This document shows, in pieces, positions 1-13,324 of a stretch of 64,000 bases of DNA (its first letter is position 1; every line of letters begins with the position of its first letter). Source of the DNA: Ophelia neglecta (taxonomy: Eukaryota); contig OZ260664.1 in NCBI GenBank assembly GCA_965285935.1, forward strand, positions 32,798,001-32,862,000, in the 5' to 3' direction. The position numbers and the translations under genes are program-made. The notes beneath the pieces were generated by a model that saw only the letters and a program-made list of their open reading frames with translations, did no database searches and was not told the origin of the DNA.

Positions 1-658
1 AAAACATCAGAAAATGATTCAGGTTGTCCACGATACAAACTATTGTAATCGGTTATAAGAAAGCTAGATTTCTTGGTACCCGGGCGGATCCTTTGTAAAT
101 ACCGAAATCCAATCCAGGTTGGCAAGACAACCAGGGTCGTTTTAAAAGCGACAGAGTTGTTTCAAAACCTGAGGGCCGAGCCTGACGGCCCTTCGCCAAA
201 AAGTACTTCCTGAAAGCGACATCTAGGATGGTTCGCTAGTTTACCGATGGAAGTCCTAGACTTCTTATCTAGTGTGTATTATCTGATGTTTACGTAGGTT
301 TTTCTGCTGAACATGGACTAGTTACTGAGAATCTACCACGCTCCATGCACGTACCTCTCATATAGCATAAGCACGAGTAATTGCGTGGTAATGTCTTTCT
401 TGCTAACTTTTTCCGACAATTCATTATTATGATAAGTGGATCATTGGGCATTTAATAATCTATTATATTAGTGCATTATTATTCTTGCCAGCCAAGTTAA
501 AAAAATACACATTTTACAATTATATTCATTTCCTAAAGATGCTCCCTGTATCTAGCATCCATGGATAACTTATGTCTCGTTTTGGCGGTTTTGGCCATTA
601 TTCAACACTAGTTATACAAAGAACAGGATTGGAAGAAGGCGTCTAATATCATGTTACA

Positions 659-721
659 ATGTATAATAAATCTTTCTTTCACTTGATTGTGTCGGACATT
701 GTCCTTTGTGATGTTATCCTG
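659..721 (+). CDS. Possible first coding exon of the iGluR gene (MYNKSFFHLIVSDIVLCDVIL)
   Basis: ATG at 659 after an in-frame TAA; strong donor CTG|GTAAGC at 722; phase 0 matches the candidate exon at 1625. No homology support. Confidence 0.15.
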
Positions 722-1624
722 GTAAGCCAAAAACTGGCTTCCGGCCCCGTGCTCGTAGATCAAATGACGGGAGAGGTTACTTAACCAGTTCCTCATTTAG
801 TTCCAAGGTTCGACTGCCACAGAACACTCCAACTTACATGTTATTTTCTTTGCTCAAGGCCACGCCATAACGTAGGACTCACATAGTTAATTCTATCCTT
901 TTTTTCAGTTTTTATTTGCCATGGCATAGCTATATGCCAGGGATCCACCCCTCTCATATCCTCAAGTCAGTCAAGTAGTTTCATTTCGTAGAGCAGGAAG
1001 CGAGGGGAGGGTGGGTGTCTCTCCGAGTATAGGGTGAGAGGCTTCAGTTTCCGGACCCCCCTCTTTGGTGAGGCACACACCTTACACCCTAACCATGAAA
1101 ACGCTCCCCGCCCCGCCTTCTCACCACCACATGAGTTTGATAACTCTTTAGATCCGTCCGTGGCCATATGTCTTACCAGCCGCACTTGACACGAATTTCT
1201 GCAATCCGCTATCTCAAGATTACAAAATGTCTGGGATTTATTCTCTGAAAAGCAAACGATATGGGGAGCATAGGCACGAGTATAATGGGTTTTATGGCGA
1301 ATTTTCACCACTGCTGGTTTCTTGGGTTACTGTACATGTGCAGAAGATAATTGACTTAGGGACAATCTGAATAAATACCAAGTTCTTAGCTAACATGATA
1401 GCTCCCATGGCTTTTTTCTTCATGTTGCTAACTAAAGAAGTGAGATGTTTACATATATGTCTCAAGGAAACATTTGCACTCTATAGTTTATCAAATGCAG
1501 ATGTAATATATCGCTATTCATGAAGTGGTGTATTGCAACAAATGATTACACGGGATAACATGTGGTCAAATAACAAATTGATAAGATTAATTTATTTCTT
1601 CCACTTCTTTCCCTTCTGAATCAG

Positions 1625-1694
1625 TGGTTCTGGCCTACAATTGGCCTACTGCTGGCAGTCAGACAAGTTGCCGTCTGTTTGTCGCCGCCGGCAG
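1625..1694 (+). CDS. Possible signal-peptide exon of the iGluR gene (WFWPTIGLLLAVRQVAVCLSPPA)
   Basis: Good pyrimidine tract plus CAG acceptor at 1622-1624; hydrophobic signal-like peptide; donor CAG|GTTGGC is weak; ends in phase 1, compatible with the exon at 3686. Confidence 0.3.
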
Positions 1695-2338
1695 GTTGGC
1701 CAATATAAACATACGTTTACACGTGAACTATCTATGTGCTATGTGGAAAATGTTTCATGCACAGATAACGTTGTTGATGTTAAAATGCCAATCTATTTTC
1801 AACTGTTTATTCCTGAAAGACCTTTGTGGACAGCAAATTCCATCTGGATGTCGGACAAATGAAGCACAGAATATGAACAGTCTGAAAGGAATGATTATCA
1901 TTATTATTGTGACAAAATTTATTTTACATTTAATCCTAGCTTTTTTTCATAGGAGGGGCGGGGGGGGGGGGGCAAGAGGAGAGCTACTCAATAAACTAAT
2001 ATATTTATACGGATGGGCTGTGCGATTTTGACCCAATTATGATGACCAACAATGTCGACGTGCCAAACTCTGATTGACTTCAGTTTTGTCTCGGGTTGAC
2101 CCCGTTTCTTTTTACTCTGCACCCATTGATTTCAAACGATTTTGATTAGATATGACCACTCTGGTTTGCCCTTGATTTTCATTTAGGCAATATAATACAT
2201 GTCATGTTCGGTATCTCCTTTTTTCCACCGATGGAGCTCCCCCCCCCCCCTCCCCCCTCAGGATGTATCTCGACATTTGAATACTACCGAAGTAGTATCA
2301 GCCCACTGTGTATCTGAAATACAATAAACAAATACATA

Positions 2339-2514
2339 TACGATTAAACCTGGGAATAAGGGCCACCCAAAGGGCTGAAAAAATAGTAGTCTGGCAATGG
2401 AGGTGGTCTGTTTACACAGGTTATTTCTCATTGAAACGGTAAATTATGGTCTTCATATGTTTATTTGTGGTCTGTATTGGCAGGTGGTCTGAATATATGG
2501 CAGGTTTCATTCTA
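2339..2514. mobile_element. Degenerate MITE, Tc1/mariner-pogo-like
   Basis: TA-flanked imperfect terminal inverted repeats (TA-CGATTAAACCTG...GGCCACC / GGTGGTC...CAGGTTTCATTC-TA) with an internal repeat of GGTGGTCTG...CAGGTT. Confidence 0.4.
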
Positions 2515-3685
2515 GATGTTAAGTCGGTCTACAAAGTTATGATTTCACCAGTGAAGAAGTCTGCAAACAAAACTCAAGTGAAGAATTCTGCTAACAACTG
2601 CTTCTAGTAAGAAACACCAGAGCCCGATTCTCTCTGTCCTATCCCGGAGCAATATATATAGCACATCCCATGTTAATACAGATGCTAAAAGCTATTGACA
2701 AAGGGTGCGCTTGATACTTGGATCAACATATAATGTAGAACAGGAATTAGAATGTTTGGCAATGCCAATTGCATTCCCAGAAAGAAAAGTTTAAATTGTT
2801 TATTGCATGATGGGCTTGGAGACTATATATGGAGGATATACAAACACAATGGCACTTTTATTTGTAATTTTGGTATTTAGTTTCTCACCACTCCGTATAC
2901 TCGGTCTCGTTCGAAAAACTATTAGAATAATTTTACAATCATGTCTTTCCCATAATACAAAAGCGTTCCTCATGCTAACCACTTGGGGCTGGAATTCGGA
3001 TATAGTATCTCCAGTCTACAAGAGACTAGACCAAACGGAGTGCAATACTAAGGGCCCTGTTTTATCATTGTTCATTGTAGAGCTGTCAAATTCTCCACAC
3101 TGTACATCGAAATATGTAACATTAGTATACCGCTAGTCTGAATAAATCAAATTCCAATTGTCGTATAATGGGAGCACTTCATTTGACCCGTATGCAAGTA
3201 CTTATTAGTATCATGACTCGGTACATCGTATGGCCTAACAAGTGGGACTCGTAACATGTACAGTTCTCTTGGCTATATATCAGTAACATCCTGTGTGATA
3301 TATCCATAATGGACTACTATAATATAATCATATGGCAACAATGAGCAACCATCGGATCTCGGTAATAGGAGATCGTATTGGTACGAACAATGCTCGATTA
3401 CTTCAATGGATAGTGAAATAATTGTACTTAAAGTAAACTAGATTAATGTTAAAACAAAACACAAAAATCCTTTGGCTATCTTCCTTTACTTAAAGTTACT
3501 TTTATTAAGTCTATATTTACACAAGCTTAACGTTTTATCGTTTAATAAGTTGGCAATAATAAAAAAAATGACCATACGTTGCATATTAATATTTCAAAAG
3601 GATGTCGAAGTATGGCTATAACTAGCTAGTAATGCGCTATGCACGACATTGAGCCTTAAACAATGTCTTCCTTTTTTATTTTCAG

Positions 3686-3928
3686 TGTTGCAAATTATGA
3701 GAGAGCGGGATTATTCGGCCATCATGGGGGCATACTCTGCTAACACCGCAATTGTCTCGCAAAAGCTCGCGATTCCCTACTTTTTGACGTCACTCCATGG
3801 CCAACGAGAGACCGGACAGAATGTGTTCAACATGCTTCCCAGCTCCAACGACCTGGTGGACTGCATTTTGCAGTTAATAGACAGAATGGAATGGAAAAAA
3901 GTCGGCATATTGTGTGAAAAATACGTTG
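3686..3928 (+). CDS. iGluR-family subunit exon (amino-terminal domain)
   Basis: ttttcag|...G|gtatgt; phase 1 to 1; encodes LQIMRERDYSAIMG...IPYF...MLPSSNDLVDCILQLIDRMEWKKVGILCEKYV, a typical ATD/LIVBP-like pattern. Confidence 0.85.
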
Positions 3929-6538
3929 GTATGTAATACTCCATAATATTGGTAACTATTCAGTTATAGAATAGGACACTAGTTGTTTGAAAATAAACCC
4001 GCCTACACTGTTCTAATAAGTCAGTTTATGGCTTTGCCACCTGTGAAGATGGAATGAGATGGAGTGTTTGATCGCGAAAAAAATAACACTTTATGTAAAC
4101 ACCCATAATGGCTGTCAGCAATGTTACTCATAAAATCCTCAAATGTTTTGGACCACTTACAAGGACGGGAACTTGATAAAGTTGTTCGATCGAGCATAAT
4201 TTGCCATACAGATATTTAAGCGGACCCTTGAAAGTGGAGAGCGCATTTATACGTGTTTTCCCATGATTAGCTTAATAATGCTATGCAGCGAGTCCAGTAT
4301 AAACATGAACGTACGGTCTGCTCCCATCAAATAATTACTTGGTCAATAGATTTGATGGTTTAACAAAAGGCAGATCCGGGCGGAGACATTTTTGGAGCAA
4401 TTTCTGCAAAAAACCTTTTTAGATGCTAAGTTTAGCCGGACAGATATTTGATTCGATCTGGACTGTTTCTTATCGGTACAATTATTCAATTCAGTATTCT
4501 CGGAAACTCTAAAAATAAAATTTCTTAGTATTCGGATTTGGAGTGTTAAATAGACGCGGAGATTAGAAGGAAAAAACAGTCATCAACCAATAAGCACTGC
4601 CCGAGGAAGAATATTTCGACTATTTGGCCTTATGGTTTATAATATGTCGAAACGCATTCTTAACCAGGCCATATTATTCCCTATTTTACCAGATTAACAT
4701 TCACGAATCCACGAATTCATGTTTCTATAAATCAAACATTGATGACCCTCCTTGGGCATCTTTCATCCCTGCCTTACGTTGACCAGTGGCTGGTTTGTTT
4801 TGTGTTATGTTGACTATTTCTTATTGCAAATAATTTCAATTTTACGTTTATTATTGCATTATTTGCATAACGAGTCCTTTGTCGTCTGTCATGTATCCAC
4901 CCCCTTTTCTTAAATACGCGCGAACGTAGAAATAGTTGACTTGTAAGAACCTTTTCAGCGATTTTTTTCTTCTATCATAAATACTAAATTTCAGATCTTA
5001 TGTTGGGATAGGATTTTCTCTAAATGTTCAAGAGATAAAAGTTTGGAGAGAACACTTCTTACAATAGGGTTTTACGGGGTAATCTTCTTAAAGCGTCAAA
5101 GACGTTCACTCTATACTGAAAAGTACTTATATCCAACACATCGAGCGATCGTTGAAACGAGTAGGGTTCTTTTTTGTGTGTCAACGTTCGCAGACACAGA
5201 GGTACCGGAGACTATCCTGAACAACTTAATCCAGTTGGATTGACCTAACTGCTGCCATTAGACGAGTTTAATATCTTTAATACGTCAATAAAAAAACCTA
5301 GGTTTTTAAACAAAGAAATTGACAAATTCTTCCTTAATTGATCGTACTTAGTGTGTCTGTGTGCATGGCTTTTCCTATAGTTCCCTGCAGACATCAGTAG
5401 GGACTGTATTTTTATTCACAGGCACAACTCTGTTCCGATGAATCATTTTACTGCGTTTCGGTATCAGTGCAAGAAGGCCAAAAAAAAACCTTTCCAGAAC
5501 ACTAGTGGCTTTAATCGATTGTAACAGAAATTGTGTTTCTTTCCATGCTGCTAGGATTAACCCCGGGGGATAAACATTTCCGGGAAAGACACTTTCGTCC
5601 GTCCCGTAGGTCTGATAATTTGCTCTGCAGTCCCGAATTGAAAAAAAAACACTACACTGTAATTAAGTCTTAGGTTGCAAAACCAGCGCTAGCTTCTCAA
5701 GATATGAAATCGTGCCTGACTCTGTCTTGGCAATGTGCAAATATAATCTAATATACAGCATCTGTATGTAGTTAAAACATGCGTCATTGTACGGCTGTAC
5801 TGCATGCCACATTTTTAAAATCCTGACATTTGCCTCATTGTATATTGAAGTCGTCTGCTCTATGAGAAATGAAGGTTTTGTATATATGTAAATGCGTAAC
5901 TACCCTCTAAGGATCAGCATGCATCTGGAACCTTTCACTACACAATTCCTTTCGCCCACCTCTCAAGATTTAAGTCATCTTGTGTCACTGTTTGAGCAGC
6001 AGTTTGAGTTATTACCATTGTTTATTGTGTGTTGGTTCAAACAATGGTATGCGATTTTAACGAGTTGTCACATTTGTTTTTCCTAAAAAAAGAAACATTG
6101 CTTCATAAATGACTGGGCGCTTGACACCACTTGATGAAATAGCTACTTATCCCTTTCCAACTGGTTCCCCTGTCACAGCCTTGAGGTGCGTGTGTGTATG
6201 TCTGTGTGTCTGTGTGTGTGTGTGGGGGGGGGTGAAGGGGGGGGGGGCGGTTAATAATGAAAATACATTTGTAAGTATATAAAATGATTTAATGATTAAT
6301 AAACCAACGTTTTTTTATGTGTCCTAACAAAAAAAGTGTTCTACTTCGGTGAATTAACAACATAGACAATGCTAGCCTTCGAAAATGGAACACGAATTGA
6401 TAGAGTTTATAAAGTTTGAAACTTCCTCGTATCCGTCGTATATGATTTAAAAACGTCACATAGCTTATATACATTCTTATATACATTGATTTAGGATTTC
6501 ATGTAATGATCTTTGTTTCTCTTCCTCCGTTTCTTCAG

Positions 6539-6780
6539 ATCCCAGTCTGCTATCGGCCTTGTTGCAGACGCCCCTGGTCGACCTTCGGCTGTGGCAGTTG
6601 GACACGAGTGAAGACAAGCTGGACCGTGATCGACTACGTAAAGACTTGTTAGAGATGAGAGCCCTCGATATACGGGAGATTCTCCTTCTCACCAAAACCC
6701 CTGTCTCCACCAAAGCATTGGAGATGGCAGCTAGGCTGGGCATGATAGCCGACCCCTACAAGTGGATCATCCTTAACCTG
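6539..6780 (+). CDS. iGluR exon (ATD)
   Basis: ttcttcag|...CTG|gtacgg; phase 1 to 0; ...LEMAARLGMIADPYKWIILNL matches the ATD 'A..LGM....Y.WI...L' motif. Confidence 0.9.
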
Positions 6781-8313
6781 GTACGGCGGCAAGCACCTAT
6801 TGTATTGTAAATGTAGGAGGCGGATCTGACAAGGGTGTGCGAGTGTTCTAAGTACCCGTAACCCGTACTGTCGTATCCCAATCACAAGCTCTTTGTATTT
6901 TTGTTCAAAGTTACGTTTTTCCCATTGCACTTCCTGTCTGCGCACTGCCGCATCCCATTCCCTCATTGCGCACCTTAATATAACGGTAGCACGCAAATCT
7001 GAGGTATTGCGGTAATATGCAATTTGATCTGGTCACGTATACTGGAGTAAGATTCATACTGATATTTGAGTTAGTTAACTTTTTTTTTGCAATTCCATAG
7101 ATAAAGAGGCACCATTTTCGTGCCGAAATAGTTAGTCTCTAGCCGTTACTCACCCCTCACCTCCTCCACGATGGCTCGCCACAATGATGTGTAATTGCCT
7201 TTGGTGGTGGTTGGATGGGGAGTTAGAGGGGCCAGGGAGGTGAAAGGGAGGGGAATGGTGGTGATGGTTGGGTGGGGGGGGGGGGGGTGTTATGCGAAGG
7301 AAGGGAATAAAATAAGACTGAGAATTCTCGGGGTTTCGGCCAGACGGATTAATAAACAAAATCGAATTCGGCTCGTTTTCTTCTAAACATTGGTGACCGC
7401 TATACTCATGACTATTATAGGCCTATATGTCATGTCAGGATACTCCCAATGGCGAGTCACAGAGGCAGAGACACTTCCAGCCAGCTAAGACCGAGGAATA
7501 CGCATCTGAATAGAGCAAACTTCTTTGTTCTTATTTGCTGTTTTTTCATAACATGTAAACACTGGAACAAAAATTCACTGTGATATTGTCTAGTGCGTAA
7601 ATAGACTTGGATAATAATGTTCTATATCCGGGTGCTATGTTGATTAAGATAATATGCCTATACGGATAAAGTTAAGTGTGCCGAATGGTGCACTGCGGGC
7701 TCACTGAGTCATATGCATTGTCAACATTCCTTGAAATTGCGATAATGTGAATATGAGCATCCAAACATTGTAACCGGCAGATCACACGGATTATAACAGG
7801 CAGAAACTTGTAACAGCAGATTTAAACACATTTGATTGTAGCGCATTTACTGAAATTCCAAGCTTGCGCCAAACCCCTTCGTTGAAAAGCCACTGGATTG
7901 ATTTATATTGTCCTCATAAGAGTAAATGCTTATTTTAAAGACAACTCAATGGTATATTTTGCACAGTTTCATATAGAATCCACACACATATATATACATA
8001 TATATGCACTTAATAATGCTATTCATTTTTCTTGCTTATTTACACTTTGAAATAAATTCCTGACGATTCAATGTGACGACAGCTGGGAAGCTGAGTCTAT
8101 AATTGCCAGGTATTTTCTAGGTTGTTGCAGATGTGTTTAGCAGATCTTCAGTTTTTTTTCTCGATTGCTATTTTCTCACAACTCTTCTGGTTTACTCTTG
8201 TATCTGCAATTAGGAATTGAAAGACTGAAATGTTGTTTTCAACCCTTGGCGCTGACCGTTTCCAAAACCCTGCCAATCTATTGCCAAACTCAACATATTT
8301 TTTCTATTCCCAG

Positions 8314-8523
8314 GGTTCGAATGACTTCACGGCTGGATTTCTAGTGGATATTTTAAACAATGTTACAGCGATAAGATTCGTCGAGTCCGAGTCAGCCGTT
8401 GGCAGAGAAGGGTATGAAAGTGATCAGCTGGAGTTTGCCACCATAGTGGACTCGTCATCGGTGTTGGACGCCACCTTAACTAAAAGTCGACCTGGGAAAA
8501 ATGTTGTTGACCACATTCGAAGT
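8314..8523 (+). CDS. iGluR exon (ATD)
   Basis: ttcccag|...AGT|gtgagt; phase 0 to 0; GSNDF...NNVTAIRFV...FATIVDSSSVL. Confidence 0.85.
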
Positions 8524-9158
8524 GTGAGTCGATCAAATCACTATTAGATGGGCTATTCAATATCAAAGTTTAAGGATGCATTCTCGAGCGGGATACCCCC
8601 AAGTCCTATTTAAGACGCTCAGCTCAGTAACTTTTTAAGTTTGTCATAAAACTGCATGTTCCCATGAGCCCTTGAATCATATTAGCACCCGTCGGACGTG
8701 TGTGGGTCCGTCCACCCCTTCTTCCGTACATTGACACATCTATCCATCTTAATTTGATACGTTCATCTTGTCAGAAACCATTAATCGTAAGACTCCATCT
8801 AAATCCACCCACATCCCTTCAGTATTAATCGACTACCCTCAGTTTATATAAAATAGGTCAGTGCGACCTATTATTTGATCACCGTAAACAGTCAAATATA
8901 GATATGTCATCCTTTTGACCAATGCAATGACACCACTGGTGAAATTGCTTTAAATCTCACCGTCATTTTCAAAATCAAACCAGAAAACTGAATTGCAAAT
9001 GCCCTGAAAGGAAATAAGCAATTTTAATGTATTATGGCGTTTTTAAATTGTCTGACAGACACTTTCACTATACTGACAACTAGTATGAAGTTGTCCCGCC
9101 ACTCTCTTTGACAGCTGACTGCCAATTCAATCCACCATGTTATTTTTCTCCTTTTCAG

Positions 9159-9263
9159 TTGTCGATCCATGGAAGGACAGGGATAATAAATTTTGATGCC
9201 CAAGGATGTCGGACGAACTTCTCTTTTGGAATCCATAGCTACATAAACAACAGTTTTCAAAGG
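9159..9263 (+). CDS. iGluR exon (end of ATD)
   Basis: ttttcag|...AGG|gtaaat; LSIHGRTGIINFDAQGCRTNFSFGI matches the conserved 'G.TG.I.FD..G.R.NF' motif. Confidence 0.9.
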
Positions 9264-9497
9264 GTAAATAACATTATGAATCGCGTTACTTAATTAACGT
9301 AACTCCAATATGAAACTAGTACTGTTAGAATCATTAATCCATTTTATCATCTATGGTATATCGTGTCTCGTGAAATAAAATTCGCTTAAGAAATAGTTTA
9401 ATCAGGTATCTGAATTGAAAATGTCTTCTCTCAAAGTTTCTTTAATCTATATGCCATCTATCAAAGTATAAATCAATTGTATTTTAGGGGCTTCATT

Positions 9498-10167
9498 TGC
9501 TAAATTTGTTAATTAACCAGATAACTAAATTCACATTAAATTTCAAGTCAAAAATCGCAAAAAATATACGCACCATGTGGGTCATTTCGTGCCTAAGGAT
9601 GTTCTCTAGGTGATATAGAGATGACCGTCTGAGTCAATCACAATTGTGTGAGCCCGTCAAGTTGAATTCTAATGTAATAAATACTTATATATAACAGAGA
9701 ATAGCGAGGAATTGACTTTAAAGGTATCAAAACTAACCCAACTTTAGAAATGATAGTAATCTTTATTTCTTAGTCTTTGTGCACTCAATTCTATTTTTAT
9801 GATTTAAAAGCGACATATTGTGTGGCATATATAAGCACTTTTCTTAATCTTCAATCTTAATGTGTGTAGTGAGCTTTTATGAATTGTTTTCTTTAATGGA
9901 AATCTTATCAATATTCTATAAGAACGTATCATGCAATAATTAAATATACCGGTTTGCATATATTCTATTTAAACCATACCTATGAAATAATAAATCCACA
10001 GGCAAAGTCGTTTGAACAGTTATCTTGACAAAAACCCCATTCTGAAAGCATTGAGGGCATTGCACGACTACTAGTCTCACGTAGGCTGCCCTGCTAAACT
10101 TGTTGATTAACCAGACAACTAAATTCACATTGAATTTCCAAGTCAAATATCGCAAAAAATATGTGCA
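9498..10167 (+). repeat. Intronic direct repeat of about 75 bp (9498-9572 and 10092-10167)
   Basis: Two diverged copies of TGCTAAAYTTGTTRATTAACCAGAYAACTAAATTCACATTRAATTTC...AAGTCAAA.ATCGCAAAAAATAT. Confidence 0.75.
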
Positions 10168-10507
10168 TGCTTGGTTATTAAATGTCATTAAGGACGAGTG
10201 AAATACAAACAAATCTAAAATGATATACGCCAATACAATCATCAGACTGGTTGTTCCATGTCTTCAGACAGAGTGATGAGCACATCGTGTCCTCCGCCGT
10301 AAATCGATTGTGATATTGTTAACAAATCGAATCGATAATTCTAGTTCAACGCTTATTGTGCAAACAGCCCGTTCAGACTATCAATTAACTATGTTAGTTT
10401 GGCCTAACATTGATCAATTATACTCATGTCATTTTATCTAGATGTGGCATTGTTCAATTCATACAAGTTTTAGTTATTGATTACCTTTTTTCTTTAAATC
10501 CTACCAG

Positions 10508-10633
10508 ACTGGAGAGTGGAAGAAATTCGCTACAGGCTCCAAGTTACAATTATCACCATATGAACAGTTGACACAAGACAGCGATCAGTTCCCCTTGAAG
10601 GGCAAAAAGGGAGTCAGTGTGGTCACCATATTG
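10508..10633 (+). CDS. iGluR exon (ATD-S1 linker, start of S1)
   Basis: cctaccag|...TTG|gtaatt; TGEWKK...LKGKKGVSVVTIL; phase 0 to 0. Confidence 0.9.
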
Positions 10634-11266
10634 GTAATTTATTTATTTATTTATTTTTCCTTACACTCTGTCGAGACAATCATGAAGAAGTGCATGCATC
10701 AGCGCTTTTGTCTAGAGATTTTTAAACCGGCATTGGATAGGATTCCATGTATACCTTAGGGCAAGTAGGAGGGTAGAAATGTTCATACGACAAACGGCAG
10801 GGTAGATATATCTAACGGTCAGGCGGCACGGGAGAAGTGTCAATCGGCAGGGTAGAAATTTAATGTCCATAGGCCTAGCGGCAGAGTGTACACATGTCTA
10901 TCGACCAAGTCACTGAGCACAGTGTTCACGCCGCTCTCTTGCGAGATATTTAGGGACGCATCATTCGATACTTAGGGGCTGGAAGATCACTTTCTTACAA
11001 TTTGTTTAATACAACAGGTTTGGTCCCCTAGTGGCATAATGCAAATATTTACAGGAACGAATATACATAAAAAATATAAATTTATGTGTGTTATTCATTT
11101 TATTATACTCATATATATAATATTTCCGAAATTCATTGACAAATATATCTTTATCAACGGGATTTACCTTTATCGCTTTTTTTCTGGGATATTGTCATGC
11201 GGTGTCGTCTTTTAAATTGTAATTATTTAGATATGATCTAGAAATTTAACATTTCTTCGTCCACAG

Positions 11267-11470
11267 GAGCCTCCTTGGTGTTTTAAGAAAGAAGATTATG
11301 ACAATCTCGAAGGAAACGATAGATTCGAAGGCTTCTCTGTTGATATCATGAACGAGATAAGTAGAAAACTGGATTTTGAGTATGAGCTATACATCGTCCA
11401 TGATGGAAATTTTGGCGCGAAACAGCCGTCTGGTGAATGGAACGGTGTCGTGGGCGAAGTGATGTCCGGG
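11267..11470 (+). CDS. iGluR exon (S1 ligand-binding segment); missing from the ORF track
   Basis: gtccacag|...GGG|gtgagt; EPPWCFKKEDYDNLEGNDRFEGFSVDIMNEISRKLDFEYELYIVHDGNFGAKQPSGEWNGVVGEVMSG. Confidence 0.95.
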
Positions 11471-13324
11471 GTGAGTTCGACTATATCAGTCTTACAATAA
11501 ATACTTTAAAGATTACATTGGGATATATTAATGGTCAAGTGACTTTAGGAAGACGTACGCAACTAATATAAACTGGTTTCGCCATCGCCTACCGTAGTCT
11601 ACTTTTTTTTGTACATACGCCAACCTTTTTTACCACCACATCATTTTTCGCCCTCTTCAATGACGTGTATTCTACTTCGCGGACCACCGTCTAGTATCAC
11701 CTAACTTTCTTTTACCACCGCCTTCCATTTTTGCATCGCCTACCATCAATACAGTCTTTATATTAACTGAATTTCTGCGCCTTCTGGACACTTCTCTCCA
11801 AAAAATATATATATGATTGGCGAGCTATAATGTGGGAGGAAAGAACTGGCTTTCAAGGATTTTATGGGCTTTTCAACACGCTGGGGATAAATATTAATGG
11901 GTTGTTTTTGGTTTCATAGTAATTTTGGTTTTCAGAGTAATCATGCAACATTAATAATATGTTTCTTATAAAAAAAAACCGTAGTACATTAATACTAAAA
12001 TATTCCAAATTATTAAACATTTCGATGGTCTCATTTGACAAGTTTTTTATAGTCAAATTGAAAAGGTCTTTAAAAATTGTTGACAATCCATCCTGTCATT
12101 TACATTCCCAAATCTCCGGTTGTCATTTTCATTATTCTTGTTACTGGTGTCACGTGTACTCGTTACTAAGTCCGTGAGGCAGGTATAGGCTACCAACATC
12201 GTAGCTCGCTTGACATCGAGTGCCCTTGTCTCAACTGGTATTTATTAACAGTGAAAGTATCTTAAAATTGATTGTGTTTTGCTAGGCCCCCCTGAGCCTA
12301 AAAAGTTACTGTTTTTCTTCCAGTGCTGGATTTGGGTCCTGTTGACTTATTTTTGTGTGTCAATTGCACATTCAACGACAGAAAAATTAAGTATAAATGT
12401 GGAATCAATCGAAACAGAAAGTCAACAGGGCCATGTTCGCAGGCAGAAAATAAATGGACCTCTCAAAGGTTTCCCCTGTGAACTATTTTTGAAATTTGAT
12501 TTTGTTAGCAGGATAAATGCATATGCTTAAACTAAAGACCTCCCAGGGCGATCAAAACCTAAATTGCGCGCAAAAGCAGCGGAGGTGCCGATAATAGCAG
12601 CGATTTAATTTGCAGAAGCACGGACAAGACCATACCTGATTCACCCAATTGGAAGTCTTGCTACTCTCTAGGCAACACAAATATGTTTATTTATTCAGAC
12701 TAATGTTGGATTATTTGGCGGTAATATAAGAATCAAAGTGCTAAGCAGCCATGATTACAACTTTGGTATAAACCTAATTTATCGGAGTATGAGTGAACAG
12801 GTTATTGTCAGTGTAGGGCTAAACAGGTCAAAGTATTTTGAGCTTCAGAACAATTTATCGCCTGAAAAATTAAACGTAGACTCACTGCATTTTACTACTA
12901 GTACGAGGTTGAATTTAATTCCATGCATGTAAAGAAAATAGAAGACAAGGTTAAACAATTATTCAGTTGTATAACCTTCTAATCGTCTGATCTCACTAAT
13001 ATACATATATTGCTAATACATTTATACTACTGTCCGAAGTTTGACTCCAATGTCCATGAAATTAAATGAATATGACAAACGTGAGGAAAACCGTGATATA
13101 CGTGTAGCTTTTCAGTCTCCTGTTGGCAATGTAGGCCCAGTCCATTCACAATTACGTCCACATATTATAAGTCTTAGTGTAAAATGCTTTCCAAATTATA
13201 TCACACTATAGACTTTTAGCCTAGGTCTACTACCACGTTCTGACCGAGTCAACATCTCCAGGTAAGGTCCCCCCCCCCCCCCCCCCAGGGCGCAAGATAA
13301 CATATAAACACACAACTACTGAAC

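Noticed and set aside
608-3136. Short ORFs at the window start (such as 967-1311, 1624-2031, 2807-3136) as independent genes
   Set aside because: No recognisable domains, low-complexity or poly-G-derived translations. I also could not find the exon for the first ~60 aa of the iGluR ATD here.
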